Part shown: in pieces, positions 24,741 through 37,419 of the stretch
Layout: each line of letters opens with the position of its first letter
Numbering within the stretch: the first letter of the stretch is position 1
Assembly: GCF_001949145.1 (NCBI RefSeq)
Contig: NW_019091359.1
Coordinates: 1 to 64,000, forward strand
Length of the DNA: 64,000 bases
Direction: 5' to 3'
DNA from: Acanthaster planci
Lineage: Eukaryota
Translations under genes and position numbers: made by a program
The notes under the pieces: generated by a model
What the model saw: the letters and a program-made list of their open reading frames with translations, nothing else
The model's database searches: none
What the model was told of the DNA's origin: nothing

Positions 24741-25849
24741 TTAAACTAATGTTCAAGATCTTGCTCAGGAGAACGAATACTGATAATGCCCTCACTTGCT
24801 GCTCAGGCATCAGTCCCATCCATTCTCCCGAACTGGTCTTAAATGCACATTAAGACCAGCCAAGCACGTATTCTAATCCCTTATTATTCGGAACCTTGTC
24901 TTCAGTGAAAAGTATTTCCCATTCGTGTAGGTTATGAATTCGCTTTCAAAACAGTTTTAACATGTTTTTTTATGAAAGTGGAATGTACATGTAGATTAAG
25001 TAAAGCATTGTTATAACAAAACATGCCTGACAATTGCGAAGAAAAAGTTAAATTAATAAAACTCAATAACGGGGCAAGTGGACTCATCACCAGTCGTTGT
25101 TAAGCGATGTAACCTGCACCGTGTGTTCGCTCCATCACCGTCACTTGAGAATTGCGCACGTAAGTACATTAACGTTTTAGTTGGCGACTGACTACAGAGG
25201 TGCAATTTTGAGTGGGAAGTGAATTTTTTTTACCTTTGGCATTGAGAGCTCGTAAATTTAACTTCCAAAGAGACATTTGTGTGTAAGAGAAAAACGGATT
25301 TTAATGGCAAATTAATTTTACATTAGTTTAAAGGTTGGGAAGGGACATTTTTTTATTATCTTTTTTATGTTTTGGCAGGGAGCTTGTAGCAAGTTTGTTT
25401 TTTTATTCGGGTCCTCTTACAAACACCCATTGTCCATCATGTTCGTTGGGATTGGGCAGTATGAAAGTGTCCACCCACAAAAGAAAACTCATTGATCTCT
25501 TGAGAATCTGAAATGCTCCAAAACTGCAGTCGTAGAGTAGTGAACATTATCACTGTGCCAAGTACAATAGCTCTTTATAGAATGAGTTCGTTGATAGATG
25601 AGTTGTTTTCAAAATGCTCGTGCTAAAATAGAGAGATAACAATACATCTGCACTCTACAGGTGTGGAAAAAGCACTTGTCTTAACAGAAATGTTGTATTT
25701 CCCAAGTTCGTATTAAAGACTTTTTTTCCCATAGTAATGAACACACTTTGGTTGGGACCAGCGACATATGCTTGCCTTAACCAGAATCTTGGCTTATCCG
25801 AGCTCATATTACCAAGAGTTGACTGTATAAGCCTTGCAGGTATGTTGGT

Positions 25850-26270
25850 ACCTAGTGCTGTCTCGTGTCTGCCTCAAAACAGCCAATGTATGGTATGTCT
25901 GACCCATTGTCTGAAGGCAGGCGATAGCAAACCCTCTTGGCTTCAAATACTGGTTGTAGTACGACTCAGACATGGTGAAAACAATTGAACCTGTGTCAAG
26001 CAAACATTGGATAGGATGTAAATAATCACATAAACCAAACACAGCACTGACGTGGTAACAGTTGGAAACTGCTTTATCAAGAAATTGCTGATTTATCCCC
26101 TCCAGTTGACTGGCTCCTGACAACTGAGGGTGCTGGTTTTCCTTCCAAGGTGTGGCATCAGGTCACAGGCAGTGGATGTAGGGCAAGCTCTGGTTCCCTG
26201 GCTGTCTCTGACGGGGAAGGGAACAATTGTTGGCAAAATGCCTGAGCTCTTGCTGTGATTTGTAGTGTTT
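25850..26270 (-). mobile_element. Gypsy LTR-retrotransposon protease fragment
   Basis: AVSNCYHVSAVF...IQCLLDTGSIVFTMSESYYNQYL matches the retroviral-type aspartic protease DTGS motif. Confidence 0.7.
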
Positions 26271-26654
26271 TCCATGACATTAAATTTTAGCGGGGCGGCA
26301 GACACAATGCAACCACAAAGTGCAAAAGCCCTGGCCACATTTTAAGGCCCCGGGAAAGTTGGATTTTAAATGCTCTGTGGTGCAATATGAGGCCACTTCT
26401 GACTCATTGAATCAAGTTTGCTCTTCTTACAGCTTAAAATAAAGGCAAAATATTTTAACTATCTTGCCTTAATATTATTTTGAGGAAGCCTTAATCAACT
26501 ACTGATATCTGCCCATTGTGCCTTTACATTAGTTACTAGTATTGAAGTCTCCTTCAACACGTACAATAACAGGCATGTACACATGTATATTCTTTTTCTC
26601 ATCTGCCCCCTTCAGCCTTGCCGCTGCAGGCGCCGCAAAGGAATTCTTCAACTT

Positions 26655-28920
26655 AAAACAACTAGAGGTGGTGGTTTTTACAGCAACAACCACAGAGCTG
26701 TTTCAAATTTCTAGTTGTTTAATGGAAAAAAATAAAATAAAAAAATAAAAAAACCCACAAAGTGACGTCATCGTGACATTATCAATCTGGAATATTTTTT
26801 GTGTCAGGGTCTTTGTTGGCTGTAACTGAAAACGATCACCGTGACAGATGTCAAAGTTACCATAATTTTGTCTTGTAATCATGTACAAAGTCAATGGGCT
26901 ACAAACACATGAAAAAAAAATGCTGCTTTAAGTGCCTGTCACGTAGTTTGCGGTCAAACTTAAGAGAAAAAATTTATGATATATCACTTGATATTTTCAA
27001 CTCTTAGGTATATTTGTAATCAACGAAACATAAGATTTAGTCTGAGTTCTCTTTCTTTCTCATAGTAATCTTGAGCGGAAGATGAGGACGGCTCAGTCAT
27101 TAGTTTTTAAGTCGAAAAACGTGCACAAAACCTATGGAGAAAAACTGCAGCTTTAAAGTCATGTCACGTGATTTGTGTTGATATTGAAAAAAAATTCTGA
27201 AATGTTATTTGATATTCAGACTTTTTGGTGTATTTGTAATTGAACGAAGACATAAAAAAAAATATGATTTTTCCTTCGTTCTCATAGTAATCCTCAGCCG
27301 AAGTTCATGACTACTCTCAGTAAGATTGATAATATTGCGTAGCAGAAAAACATGTACAAAACCTATGGGGAAAACTGCAACTTTAATCTCATGTCATGTG
27401 ACCCCTGATGACGCCACCATAACAATTTTATTTTGACAGGCCCTTGGATAAATGGATTACCTATGCTCCCAATATAAAGTCAGTCAGATGTATGAATGCA
27501 ACAGTCTTTAACTTTAGAAAAACGTGTACAAAACCTATGGAGAAAAACTACAATTCAAAATTTAATAATACATCAGGTGACCTAACACATAATGACAATA
27601 TTTTTCCTAAACCCTCTCTAACTGTTGGGCCAAAAACCTTGACCTGGTCGAAAACAGCGAGGAAGTCCGGCTATTGAAAAACGTGCACAAAACCTACGGG
27701 GAAAAATTAAACATTCAAAATTCAATAATAAATCGTGTGATGTCGTCATCATGATGAATTTCTTCTAGGTCCGTGATCTTCTGAAAGTCTGCCACGTTTG
27801 AGGTCAATCAGATATATAAAACTACTAAAGTCGAGTGGTGGAAGAAAACGTGTACAAACGCTACTGAGAAATAGTCTGACAAAAAAAGCAGAAAAAACGA
27901 GAGGTCATATGTCTGTTTGCCAACAGAACAGAGGGCTTTTTTGCATCCCTTTTGAGTTGAACAACTAATCTACTGCACAAACCTGATGGCGTAAATCTGT
28001 CATCATGACCGTTTGGGTCCAAGGTTTCAACCCAATCAGGCATGTACTTCAGAAAATAACATGCTTTACATAAAATGTAATTTGACTCCTCATCTCATGA
28101 GGTCATCATCACATCAGGTACATTTTCATGTAGAACACCTCCTTTCCTTGTCATCTGCAAGTTTCTAGTCAATGGAATATGTACTTCAGGAGATATAGGG
28201 CTTTAAACAGTGCACATTAAATGTCATGTGACTTGTCTCCTGATGATGTCTTCATCACATGAGGTCAATATTCCTCTAAAGCACTCCCTTTTCAAGATAT
28301 CTGCTTGATTTGAACCTGATTGGACATCTACTTCAGGAGATATAGGGCCTTAAAGAGTGTGCATCTTTAAATGTCATGTGACTTGTCTCCTGATGATGTC
28401 ATCATTACATCAGGTCAAAATTCCACGAAAGCACTTCCTTTTCAAGATATCTGCAAGGTTTGAACCCAATTGGATATATACTTCAGGAGATATAGAGTTT
28501 TAAATAGTGCACCTTTAATGTCACGTGACTTGATAATCTGATGATGTCATCATCACATGAGGTCTATTTCATCTAAAACACTTTTTTAAATATCTGCTAA
28601 GTTTTTAGCAAATCAGACGTGCACTTCAGGAGATATAGTACTTTAACCCTCCTATGCTAAGATACATTCGTGACACAATTTTCATATCAGTCAAAATCAG
28701 TCTAATTTCCCATATGTGTCTGTGTACTGGGGGAAATCAAGTGGAAGGCATTTTTGACTGTTTTTGACAGTTAAAACAGAAAGAGGGTTAGAGGATGCAC
28801 CTTAAATGTCAAGTGATTCGTCTGCTGATGAAATTGTCATCACGTGAGGTCAATTTCCATTTATAAACCTTCCCTTCTTAACTACCTGCAAGGTTTCAAC
28901 CCAATCAGCCATGTACAATA
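26655..28920. repeat. Composite tandem-repeat element: ~160-230 bp units (27100-27870) and ~140-150 bp units (28020-28920)
   Basis: AAAAC(G/A)TG(C/T)ACAAAACCTA(T/C)GG recurs at ~27115, 27345, 27517 and 27676. ACTTCAG(G/A)A(G/A)ATA recurs at 28046, 28183, 28330, 28480 and 28623, with TGTCATGTGACTTG...CTGATGATGTCATCATCACAT. Confidence 0.8.
28647..28787. mobile_element. piggyBac-type MITE (~141 bp) inserted into a tandem-repeat unit
   Basis: TTAA|CCCTC ... GAGGG|TTAG. Removing it restores the repeat unit (..GATATAG...TTAA GAGxxTGCAxCTTAAATGTCA..). Confidence 0.65.
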
Positions 28921-30329
28921 CAAAGTACAATACAAAACATTATCGTTATTGTGGAAAAGCACAGGTTAGACATTTTAAACATTTGTCCCTTTTGGCGTTC
29001 CATACAATGCGATCTGCTCTCCGCACTGCGTGCTCAGCAATTTGCTAGGTCTCAAGTATATGCCCTATGCACTGTGCGCCGTCTATGTTACAGGCAGATA
29101 TTGGGCGTCCACACACACAGTAACCAATGCACAGTATGCAAATAGGATTTTCGAGTTGTTTCCAAAGTATTAAAAGCACTTAAGTTGTGTGTAGAAAAAA
29201 GTGCACTAATTAAGTGGAATTTTGAGTAGAATAAGCAAAAGAGGAAGAAAAAAAAAGAACAAAAAGAATGTCTTGTTCGCAAAATTGCAAAAAAGCCAAA
29301 AAAAAAATGTTAACAAAAACAAGAGCTATTTCACCGAAACGCCGAAACAGCTAATAAACCATGGACAAAAGACTGCTTGAAAGGAGCTCTGCGTGGCTGG
29401 GCAGGTCATTCGGCTATGGCCTTGGCAATGACCAGTTTTCAAAAGGCTTAGTCGCCTCAGGGGTTTCACCAGGTTTTCTTAGGGGGAGGGGTTTGGTCAT
29501 CAAAAATTGATATTTTGGGGGCAGTTTTTGATGAGGTATTTTCTGAGAAAAATAATGCCTCCAAGCATTATGGGAACATTGTAATTTAGTAAACTGGTTC
29601 TTGGTAAAACTAAGTAAAACCTGGAAGCAGTCTAGAATTATTTACATATGTGCAATTGATATTACGTGAATACTTGTACAGTATGATGTGAATGCTTAAC
29701 TATAATATATGTATTACACGCTGCGTATGTTGCATCCAGATCTTTTCTATTGTAAATGTTAATGTGATAATACCGAATATGAATCATTTTAATCCTAAGA
29801 TAAATTCATTTACATATGTTGGATGTGAATTAAAGCGAGAACAGTTTATATGCAGTATTAGTGTATTTATTTGGAACCCCGACATTGGACCCCACATTCA
29901 ATTTCGTTACCATTCAAATTCCATGACATATACGTAAGTCTGATACACCACTTCATAAAGCAACTAGAGGGTCTGGACCTATAAAATGACGTCTGGGCCC
30001 AAGATATTATGCACAAAGATAGCATGCGTCCACCCAAGACAATACACCAAAAATAAAGTGGCTCAATGTGCACACAGCCCACCAACTACAGGTACTACAT
30101 AAACAAGCCACTAGCACCGAAGTGCTAAAGAACTCACAGCAGATACACTATTGTGCTGCACAGCCTTACCCCTCAAGTTCAGGTTGTCCTTGGTCTTAAA
30201 GCTGATATGAACTAAAAGCAAGAGATGTGCTTGCTCCCGACATGAGATTGTTAAATAAATTAACCTTTAAATCACATTTGAAGCAAGATATGGGACAGAG
30301 AGAACCCCCCCACCTTTGTGTCAGTCACT

Positions 30330-30800
30330 GCTTGATTGGAATCTCAGGAATTCTTTACAGACTTCTGGGGGGGGATGTGTTAGGTAACAACAGTCTAGAG
30401 TGTGTATAGGAATTGGACAGGTAAGGGGGGTACCCCTCCATCCCATATCTTTCCTGGTATATTAAATCAACAAATTTCAGGTAAACAAAGCAGGATGAAG
30501 GTGCAGGATGAAAGATGAAGGTGAACACATTAACTATGTTCACTTTTGAACTTCAGAAAACAGCTTAGGCACATTGCCCATGCTTGCGATCTGTGGACCC
30601 ATTCTTTGTTTCTCCTTAATTGGCTTTTGCATGACCCTGTGCAAAAACTTTTACACTTGTTTTGCTCTGTTTTCTTCATAGTCTTCTCCTCAAAAACCCT
30701 TTCAGTTTGTGCATGTTTTCTAGGTTCCACTATAATCACTTTGCAATCTCCCATCTTTATCACAAAGACCCTTGTGCATAGGTGGTCCTAGTTGAATGAC
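30330..30800 (-). mobile_element. Highly decayed LINE (possibly L1/Tx1) ORF2 fragment
   Basis: Peptide ...LRRNKEWVHRSQAWA..SCFLKFK resembles the RSRxxW linker motif. Weak similarity only. Confidence 0.35.
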
Positions 30801-32891
30801 ATAATTACATCATCATGCAATTTATTATTTAATTTGAAATATTTATTTTAACCCATTTTCTTTGTAAACAGTTTTTATAACAGGCCTCAGTGGCTCTAAA
30901 CTTCAGTTGAGGATTTCTGTGATGATGAAACAGAAATTGTATAAAATTTTCCACTGTGTTGGATTACAAATACCCCTAAGAGTCAAGGTATAAACTTGCA
31001 TTTTATGCAAAAGTTTCGATTCAAACACAAATCATGTGACATGAAATTAAAGGTGCGTTTTTTCCTTCATAGGTGTTGTGCATGTTTTTTTACTGTCACA
31101 GACTTGAGCACTGTTATCTATCTGACAGACTTCATATTGGGTGCATATTTAGTCCAGCCTGGAAGGGTCTCAGAATAAAATTGTTCCTGTGATATCGTCA
31201 GGTATTTCAAAAATTATACAGCCGTTTCGCCAGATTAATCCTTAACGCCCACCCCACTTATACACAGGAATTTCTATGGGCACTTTTGTGTAATCATTGT
31301 CACTTCATTGAAAAATCCTAGAATTTGTGAAGTCTACAAATGCATAAATAACTTGAGTCCAGCATATCTCATATTGTGCTTTGAGTAACTATGCCACCAT
31401 GCTAATACTCGTGCGAAGTCAAACGGGTCCACATGTCCATCTGTTGTTCCCAAGACCAGTGCTGCCAGTCACTTTTCAGTGCCTAAAATCTATGTTTTAT
31501 CTGGCAATTTAATTAATTTCCTCATTATATTACCCCTCGTGCTGTGTCTTTGATTATGACTACGTTTACTTCTCTTTGTATCTCTATTAGCTCGTATTCT
31601 TTTAATTTTGTTGGTCATTCATTGTGTTCCCTTCTTTTATCGTTTTGTTTTGCCTCTGTGCTATCAGTGGACATGTTCATGTTGATGTTTTCATAAGATT
31701 TTAGGTTTTATTTTGCAAATTTTATAATTTAACATGTTGATTGTTTTGTATTTTATTATTTGTGGTGTTAATGACATTTGTTTTAACTTATTTTAAGTTC
31801 CATTTCAATGAGTGTCCATGTTACCTGAAACAAGGCTCTCATATAACTGATAAGGGTACCCCGTGTAAATAAAATGGCAAATAAAATAAAAGTAATGGAA
31901 AAGATGTAACAATCAACAAACAGCCCAGAATTAAGACATAAATTCTTTATTTATATTGGACTCAAACTCTATCAATATCCCTTGTTTCATCGCTGCGGTG
32001 GTGGAGCGCTTTTGTCCCCGGTGGTAATCCGCTCGCTCTCAATGCCCCAACGCCNNNNNNNNNNNNNNNNNNNNNNNNNNNNNNNNNNNNNNNNNNNNNN
32101 NNNNNNNNNNNNNNNNNNNNNNNNNNNNNNNNNNNNNNNNNNNNNNNNNNNNNNNNNNNNNNNNNNNNNNNNNNNNNNNNNNNNNNNNNNNNNNNNNNNN
32201 NNNNNNNNNNNNNNNNNNNNNNNNNNNNNNNNNNNNNNNNNNNNNNNNNNNNNNNNNNNNNNNNNNNNNNNNNNNNNNNNNNNNNNNNNNNNNNNNNNNN
32301 NNNNNNNNNNNNNNNNNNNNNNNNNNNNNNNNNNNNNNNNNNNNNNNNNNNNNNNNNNNNNNNNNNNNNNNNNNNNNNNNNNNNNNNNNNNNNNNNNNNN
32401 NNNNNNNNNNNNNNNNNNNNNNNNNNNNNNNNNNNNNNCTTTTGAGAGTGAAAAATGTCCGTAATGCCCAGCAGCCTGGTGTTTTGTTTGGAGTATGGTC
32501 TTTTGTTACAGGGCCCTGTTTCCTTTGTCCGAGTTCGGAGACCCCGGCCACGCATATAAACCATACGTCTCCGATCCTGGAGTCCCCGGCAGGAAGTGGT
32601 TAATAAGTGCAGACCAGTATCTTTGTCACTGATGCATGCTTGGACAAGGATCTGGAGACATTTGATGGACCCCAAAGATACCTTCTATCCCCAGCATGTT
32701 TTGCTTATGTTTAAAAATTTTCATGATAATTGTGACAAACACTGGCTTATAACTGGATGGTGTTCTGAATAGATTGTGCACTTCTTCACTACTTCATACC
32801 ATTGGCCATTTTAAGGGGGTGAAAGCAAGTGAAACGTATTCTCGTTCATGTTTCTTTTTTCTCACATTTTTCTCTCTCATGTACTTTCCAG

Positions 32892-33051
32892 AATAAGTCC
32901 TTTGAGCCTCTTGTAGCATTGTATGGTCAATGGCAGACTGAGTTGTACATCCCACCTGCAGCAGTCGATGGCAAGGTACCTCGAAATGAATATGGCAATG
33001 TGGAGTTGTTTCAGCCATCCATGTTGCCCATGGGAACAGTGCATCTTCAAA
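32892..33051 (+). CDS. XPC: XPC/Rad4 internal coding exon (BHD2 end / BHD3 start), phase 0/1, [53 protein letters not shown]
   Basis: Acceptor tactttccAG ending 32891, 160-nt open exon, GTAAGT donor at 33052. Carries the diagnostic [35 protein letters not shown] motif and is in phase with the 12699 exon. Confidence 0.95.
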
Positions 33052-33715
33052 GTAAGTGTAAACAATTTAAAATCACTCGGCGTGTTTGATTACTTCTGCA
33101 CTTACTCACGCAAGTGCAGCTGCCTTAAATTTGACACATGACTTTTATTGCTTACTCAGGCCTTGTTCAACTAAATGACCTGCCAATTAAGGTGGTTGCT
33201 TGGCAGAATGTCCCCACAATACACATGTAGAGCTTAGTTGCACAACACCAAAGAAAGTATATTAATCATAGAAATTGTTGCATGGAAGGGCAAGCTCTTT
33301 CCAGCCAAGTAAGTTATGTGAAATAAAGGCCAGATATGTGTACATGTCTGTTTCTTTTGACTCGGTGTTCAAACACGTGCAAATTAATTTCTGCATGACC
33401 TTTTGACCCAGTTAAGCACAAGTATAATGCAAGATCATTCACTTTTTACCACATTGTGTGCATGCTCACGGGTAAAACACAAGGGAAAAATTTAGATATG
33501 CTAATTAAGCATTTACCATACAATACATCTTCATAAACAGACAACATGAAACACACAAAGACAAAAATACTGGTGTGTGTGCACGCCTGAGGCAGAAGAA
33601 ATTTATTCATCATATTGATGTGTCAGGCAAAGAAATCTGGGCGGCTGACTTATCTTGCATGCGACACATTATATCACTATCCATTCTTCGGGCACCCACA
33701 AAGGCCCAGAAACAT

Positions 33716-33900
33716 AGCTCCAAGCACCATTTGACTCGGAGCGTCCATTCTATATGAATTCTTTTAGCACCCACAAAGGCTCAAAGTGCCCATAGTTCCA
33801 AGCACCATTTGACCTGGAAAGCCAAGTTCATCATTATTCACTGTTTGGGTTTCCACCAAGGCCAAAGAGCATCAACAGCTCCAAGCACCATTTGACTTGG
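33716..33900 (+). repeat. Three diverged ~80 bp tandem units
   Basis: AG(C/T)TCCAAGCACCATTTGAC occurs at ~33716, 33793 and 33878, each preceded by CC(C/A)C(A/C)AAGGC. Confidence 0.7.
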
Positions 33901-34079
33901 AGCACCACAGCTCAATGACAATGACCTTATGATAGGCCGAAGTGACAATTTGTTAGGATAGTTCCAGAACACTTCAAAACTTCACCAAACCATAATAATT
34001 ATTATGTCCATATGCAGAGTCAACAAATGAGTTTACCAACACCATTCTTTCTTCGTTTGCACTTACAGTAGAAAGAATT

Positions 34080-35950
34080 GTTTATCCTCCCCTGTTGCAC
34101 TACTCAAGGGAAGACATAGTTACAAGCACCATTAGACATGAGGTATTCCATCGAGTTAATTACATAGTGCATCACAATGAACTTTATCCATGTACGTATT
34201 ATTTAGAATTTCATCATGTCAAGAGTAACAAATCATTTTTAAGCCATGGGGGTGTTTTATCAGAGGAGGAAAGGGAAGGTGGTGGGAAAATTTGTACCGC
34301 TTTAAACTGAACATTGAAGCGTAGACATTCCAAAACAGAGCCACAAAAGGTGCAGTATTCTGGGGCAACCAGATGTTTGCTTGTTAATGATGTGCACAAC
34401 TGCCTTTATCACAGTGAAACAGAACTCATTAATTAGACAGCGCCTGTCCCAACACTTTACAGTGACCAGGATGGGTTAAAATTCTAATAAGGCAATGGAC
34501 GGTTATATTCAAAGCAGATCCGGTGGCCATCTTTCTTGAACCCTCTGTGAACCGAAGCACGCTCCATATCCAATGTTGGCCGCTGCATTGGTGTATAATT
34601 GCAAGGATGATTTTGTTTGTCACTCTTCACCCAAAAACGGGGAAACCCGATTGAAATGTTTGAGGAATTCGACCCACATGAGTATGTCCTGTCGCGCCCC
34701 ATGAGTAAGCCGAATTTTGTGATGGGACATAGTTACCCCCGTGTAAGTGCAATAAGGTGGCCTATAAATTTCCGCCCAGGTGCAATGGCCTTGCAGATGA
34801 AATTGAGTGAACCAATTAATGACTGCAGTGCAACCAGAGTAATCTTTTTCTTACCCAAAGATGAGAGTAATTGATCCGTGAGCACATTGACTTTGACCAC
34901 ATGGACCCAGACCTGCCACGAGACAGCATCGATTACTAAACCCAAATACGTTAATTTCTGAAGTGGATTTTCTGTTTTTTTCTTGTGCAATGGGCACGCC
35001 AAGCACTGTGCATACCGATTCAAATACCTGCACGAGTGCTTGGCTCATCTGAACTAGGTCCGACGAATAAGAAATCGTCAAGATAGTGAGTAATCATTGA
35101 ACTGTCAGCAATCTCCTGCACTTTGAACTCCAAAAACATGTTGAATTTCCCAAAAAGGGAACACGAAATGGAACATTTGTCATAATAATAGCGGCCCTCG
35201 AATGTGAAACCCAAAAGGTCGTAATCTGGAGGAGTCACTGGAAGTAATCAAAAAGCCGATTTAATATCAGATTTTGCCAACTACGCCCCATGCCCCGCTG
35301 CCATCACTAAATGCACTGCCTCATCAAACGAGACATAATGCACTGTGCAATTTTCCTTATCAATAAAATCATTTATCGATTGCCCTTTTGGGTAGGAAAG
35401 GTGGTGGATGAGCCTGAATGTATTAGGTTCCAGCTTAGGTACTAAACAAATAGGTAAGCACTGCAGCGTTGGGAATAGCGGGGCTGGGAATGGACCCATA
35501 ATTCTATTAAGGTCTATTTCCTTTTGTATCTTTTCTCTAATAATGTGAGGGTGAGCTGCAGCTGAGAGTAGGCAACTTGCCTGTTGGCTGTGCCTGGGGC
35601 CCTGATGTTGTAGTGAAAAACTGCATGAGAAACCCCTCTCCAGCAGTTGCACATCAACTGCCTTAGGATAACGTGCTGACCATTTTCTTAAAACAAAGAT
35701 CTTAATTGGTGTTGGGGGACGAAAGGAATTCCCAGAGGAAAGCTTAGGAGCCAGTGTTGAATGCTTGGCATGCTCAGTAGACATAGCAGTCTGAGTGGGT
35801 TTATACTTGGGCTGCCCAGAGTGATCAGTGGGCTTACAAACTCTTACCCTTACGACAAGAATAAGGTGAACCGACTGTTGTCAACTTCCCTAGTTTGCAA
35901 ACTGCAACCCAGTTGCCCGGATGGAAGCATGTACTACATTTGTGGGCATA
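34080..35950 (-). mobile_element. Second Ngaro-like element: RT/RNase H fragment, decayed
   Basis: PTPIKI...RGFSCSFSL, CLVPKLEPNTFRLIHHLSYPKGQSINDFI, HYLDDFLFVG, LQSLIGSLNFICKAIAPGRKF, YTNAAANIGYGACFG. Confidence 0.85.
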
Positions 35951-37084
35951 TCTGTAATTACCAGTATCTGTAATTATCAGTAATTACATCCTTGAATTTT
36001 ACAGAAATTTAGAAAGGGAACTGTTATAGATGAAAATTTACCTGATGTAATTATGATGTCCTCAGGTGACAAGTCACATGACTTAAACGTTATAGCAGTA
36101 CCTCATGTACTGTTGTCCCCACCTTTCATTCACAATGCACCACAGTTAACATTGTGTTACGTAAATTTTCGCTGGTAATGTGCATCTTTGAAACTTTGTG
36201 TGCTGAAGTATACGAAATTGAATATTCGTCCCCTCATTCCTACTCGACATGATCTCACAACACTATAGTGGAACACCGCTATACTGAACATTTGGCTGCA
36301 CCGAACATCGTCCTTGGCTCCCAATATTTTGTGCTTAAAACCTACTGAACACTATGCAGTTGCTGTGTGTAATTTCCAAACGTCAACTTGATAAAACAGT
36401 CAGGTTTTTTATGTCGGAAAGTGACAAGTGGCCATTATTTCCCCAAGGATTAGAAGGGAAAACCACTAGTTGTTGAAGAGTTAATTGTAATTAACTAGCT
36501 GAGAAACTGGGCATGCACGGTTAATCTGCCAGTGGTATTGAATGGACACTGGTTTTGCAACTCTGCATGATTAGGTGTGTAAGAAAACCACAAGCGCACT
36601 GTTGCACTAGCAGTAGTCTAAAGAGGGCGCTGATACACAAGCCACCGAGATTCGCTACAGCATGCATCAGAGATCGATCCTGAGCAGCAGCTTCCTAACT
36701 TTTAGGATAAACTTAAAATCAAATCAAAAACTTAGGATTTAATAAAACACAAAAATAATTAACAGATACATTTGTTGAAACCTTTAACGTGAATGCAACG
36801 GCAAAAATCACGAAAACAGTGAACCATAGTGTGACACAGGGGAAAGTCAAGGCCATTGACGCATGGTCTGGTTTCTTTCCAAATCTTTAATGGTGCAGAA
36901 AGCTAAAACCAAAACAAGAAAAACCCCCAGTCAAACTTGGATAGAATACGAAANNNNNNNNNNNNNNNNNNNNNNNNNNNNNNNNNNNNNNNNNNNNNNN
37001 NNNNNNNNNNNNNNNNNNNNNNNNNNNNNNNNNNNNNNNNNNGAAAAACCGCCAGTCAAACTTGGATAAAATACAAAATATGAA

Positions 37085-37330
37085 CTGGACTAAATTGCGG
37101 GGACAGGCATCATGGCTATGGCTATGTGGTAGCTAAAGGATGACTCTGGACGGTGCTTACTGGCTGAAGACTCAGTGTGTTATGAGACAAAGGGCAATAT
37201 ACTACAAAGGTGCCTAGAGGGGGTCACTAAATGAACTTGCAAGTGCCCAGAGGGGGTCTCTAAATGAACTCACACTGAATGGTTGACTGAGCACAGCCAA
37301 CTGAGGGCGCTATACAAATAACATACAAAA
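37085..37330 (+). mobile_element. Possible SINE/LINE 3' tail fragment
   Basis: Ends GGGCGCTATACAAAT-A-rich, an L2-like 3' terminus, and contains an internal duplication GTGCC(T/C)AGAGGGGGTC.CTAAATGAACT. Confidence 0.35.
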
Positions 37331-37419
37331 GTGACCTGTCACATTTGCGATATCTAAGTGCGTGTACACCTATCGCAGATCATGTACCGCGGCCAAATTG
37401 TGCTGTACAAATACATTGT

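Noticed and set aside
28020..28920. Regularly spaced repeats superficially like a CRISPR array
   Set aside because: Whole ~145 bp units are homologous (no unique spacers), there are no cas genes, and the context is eukaryotic.
31960..32690. Possible DIRS RT/RNase H remnants (SLRWW.., VSFVRVRRP, VTDACL) around a gap
   Set aside because: Motifs are too short and out of expected order to support a call.
36925..37080. CAGTCAAACTTGGATA repeated on both sides of an 89-N gap
   Set aside because: Most likely a collapsed short tandem repeat or contig overlap, so not interpretable.
37163..37195. CTGAAGA-CTCA...TGAG hammerhead-like start
   Set aside because: Followed by ACAAA rather than GAAA, with no helix III and no Penelope context.
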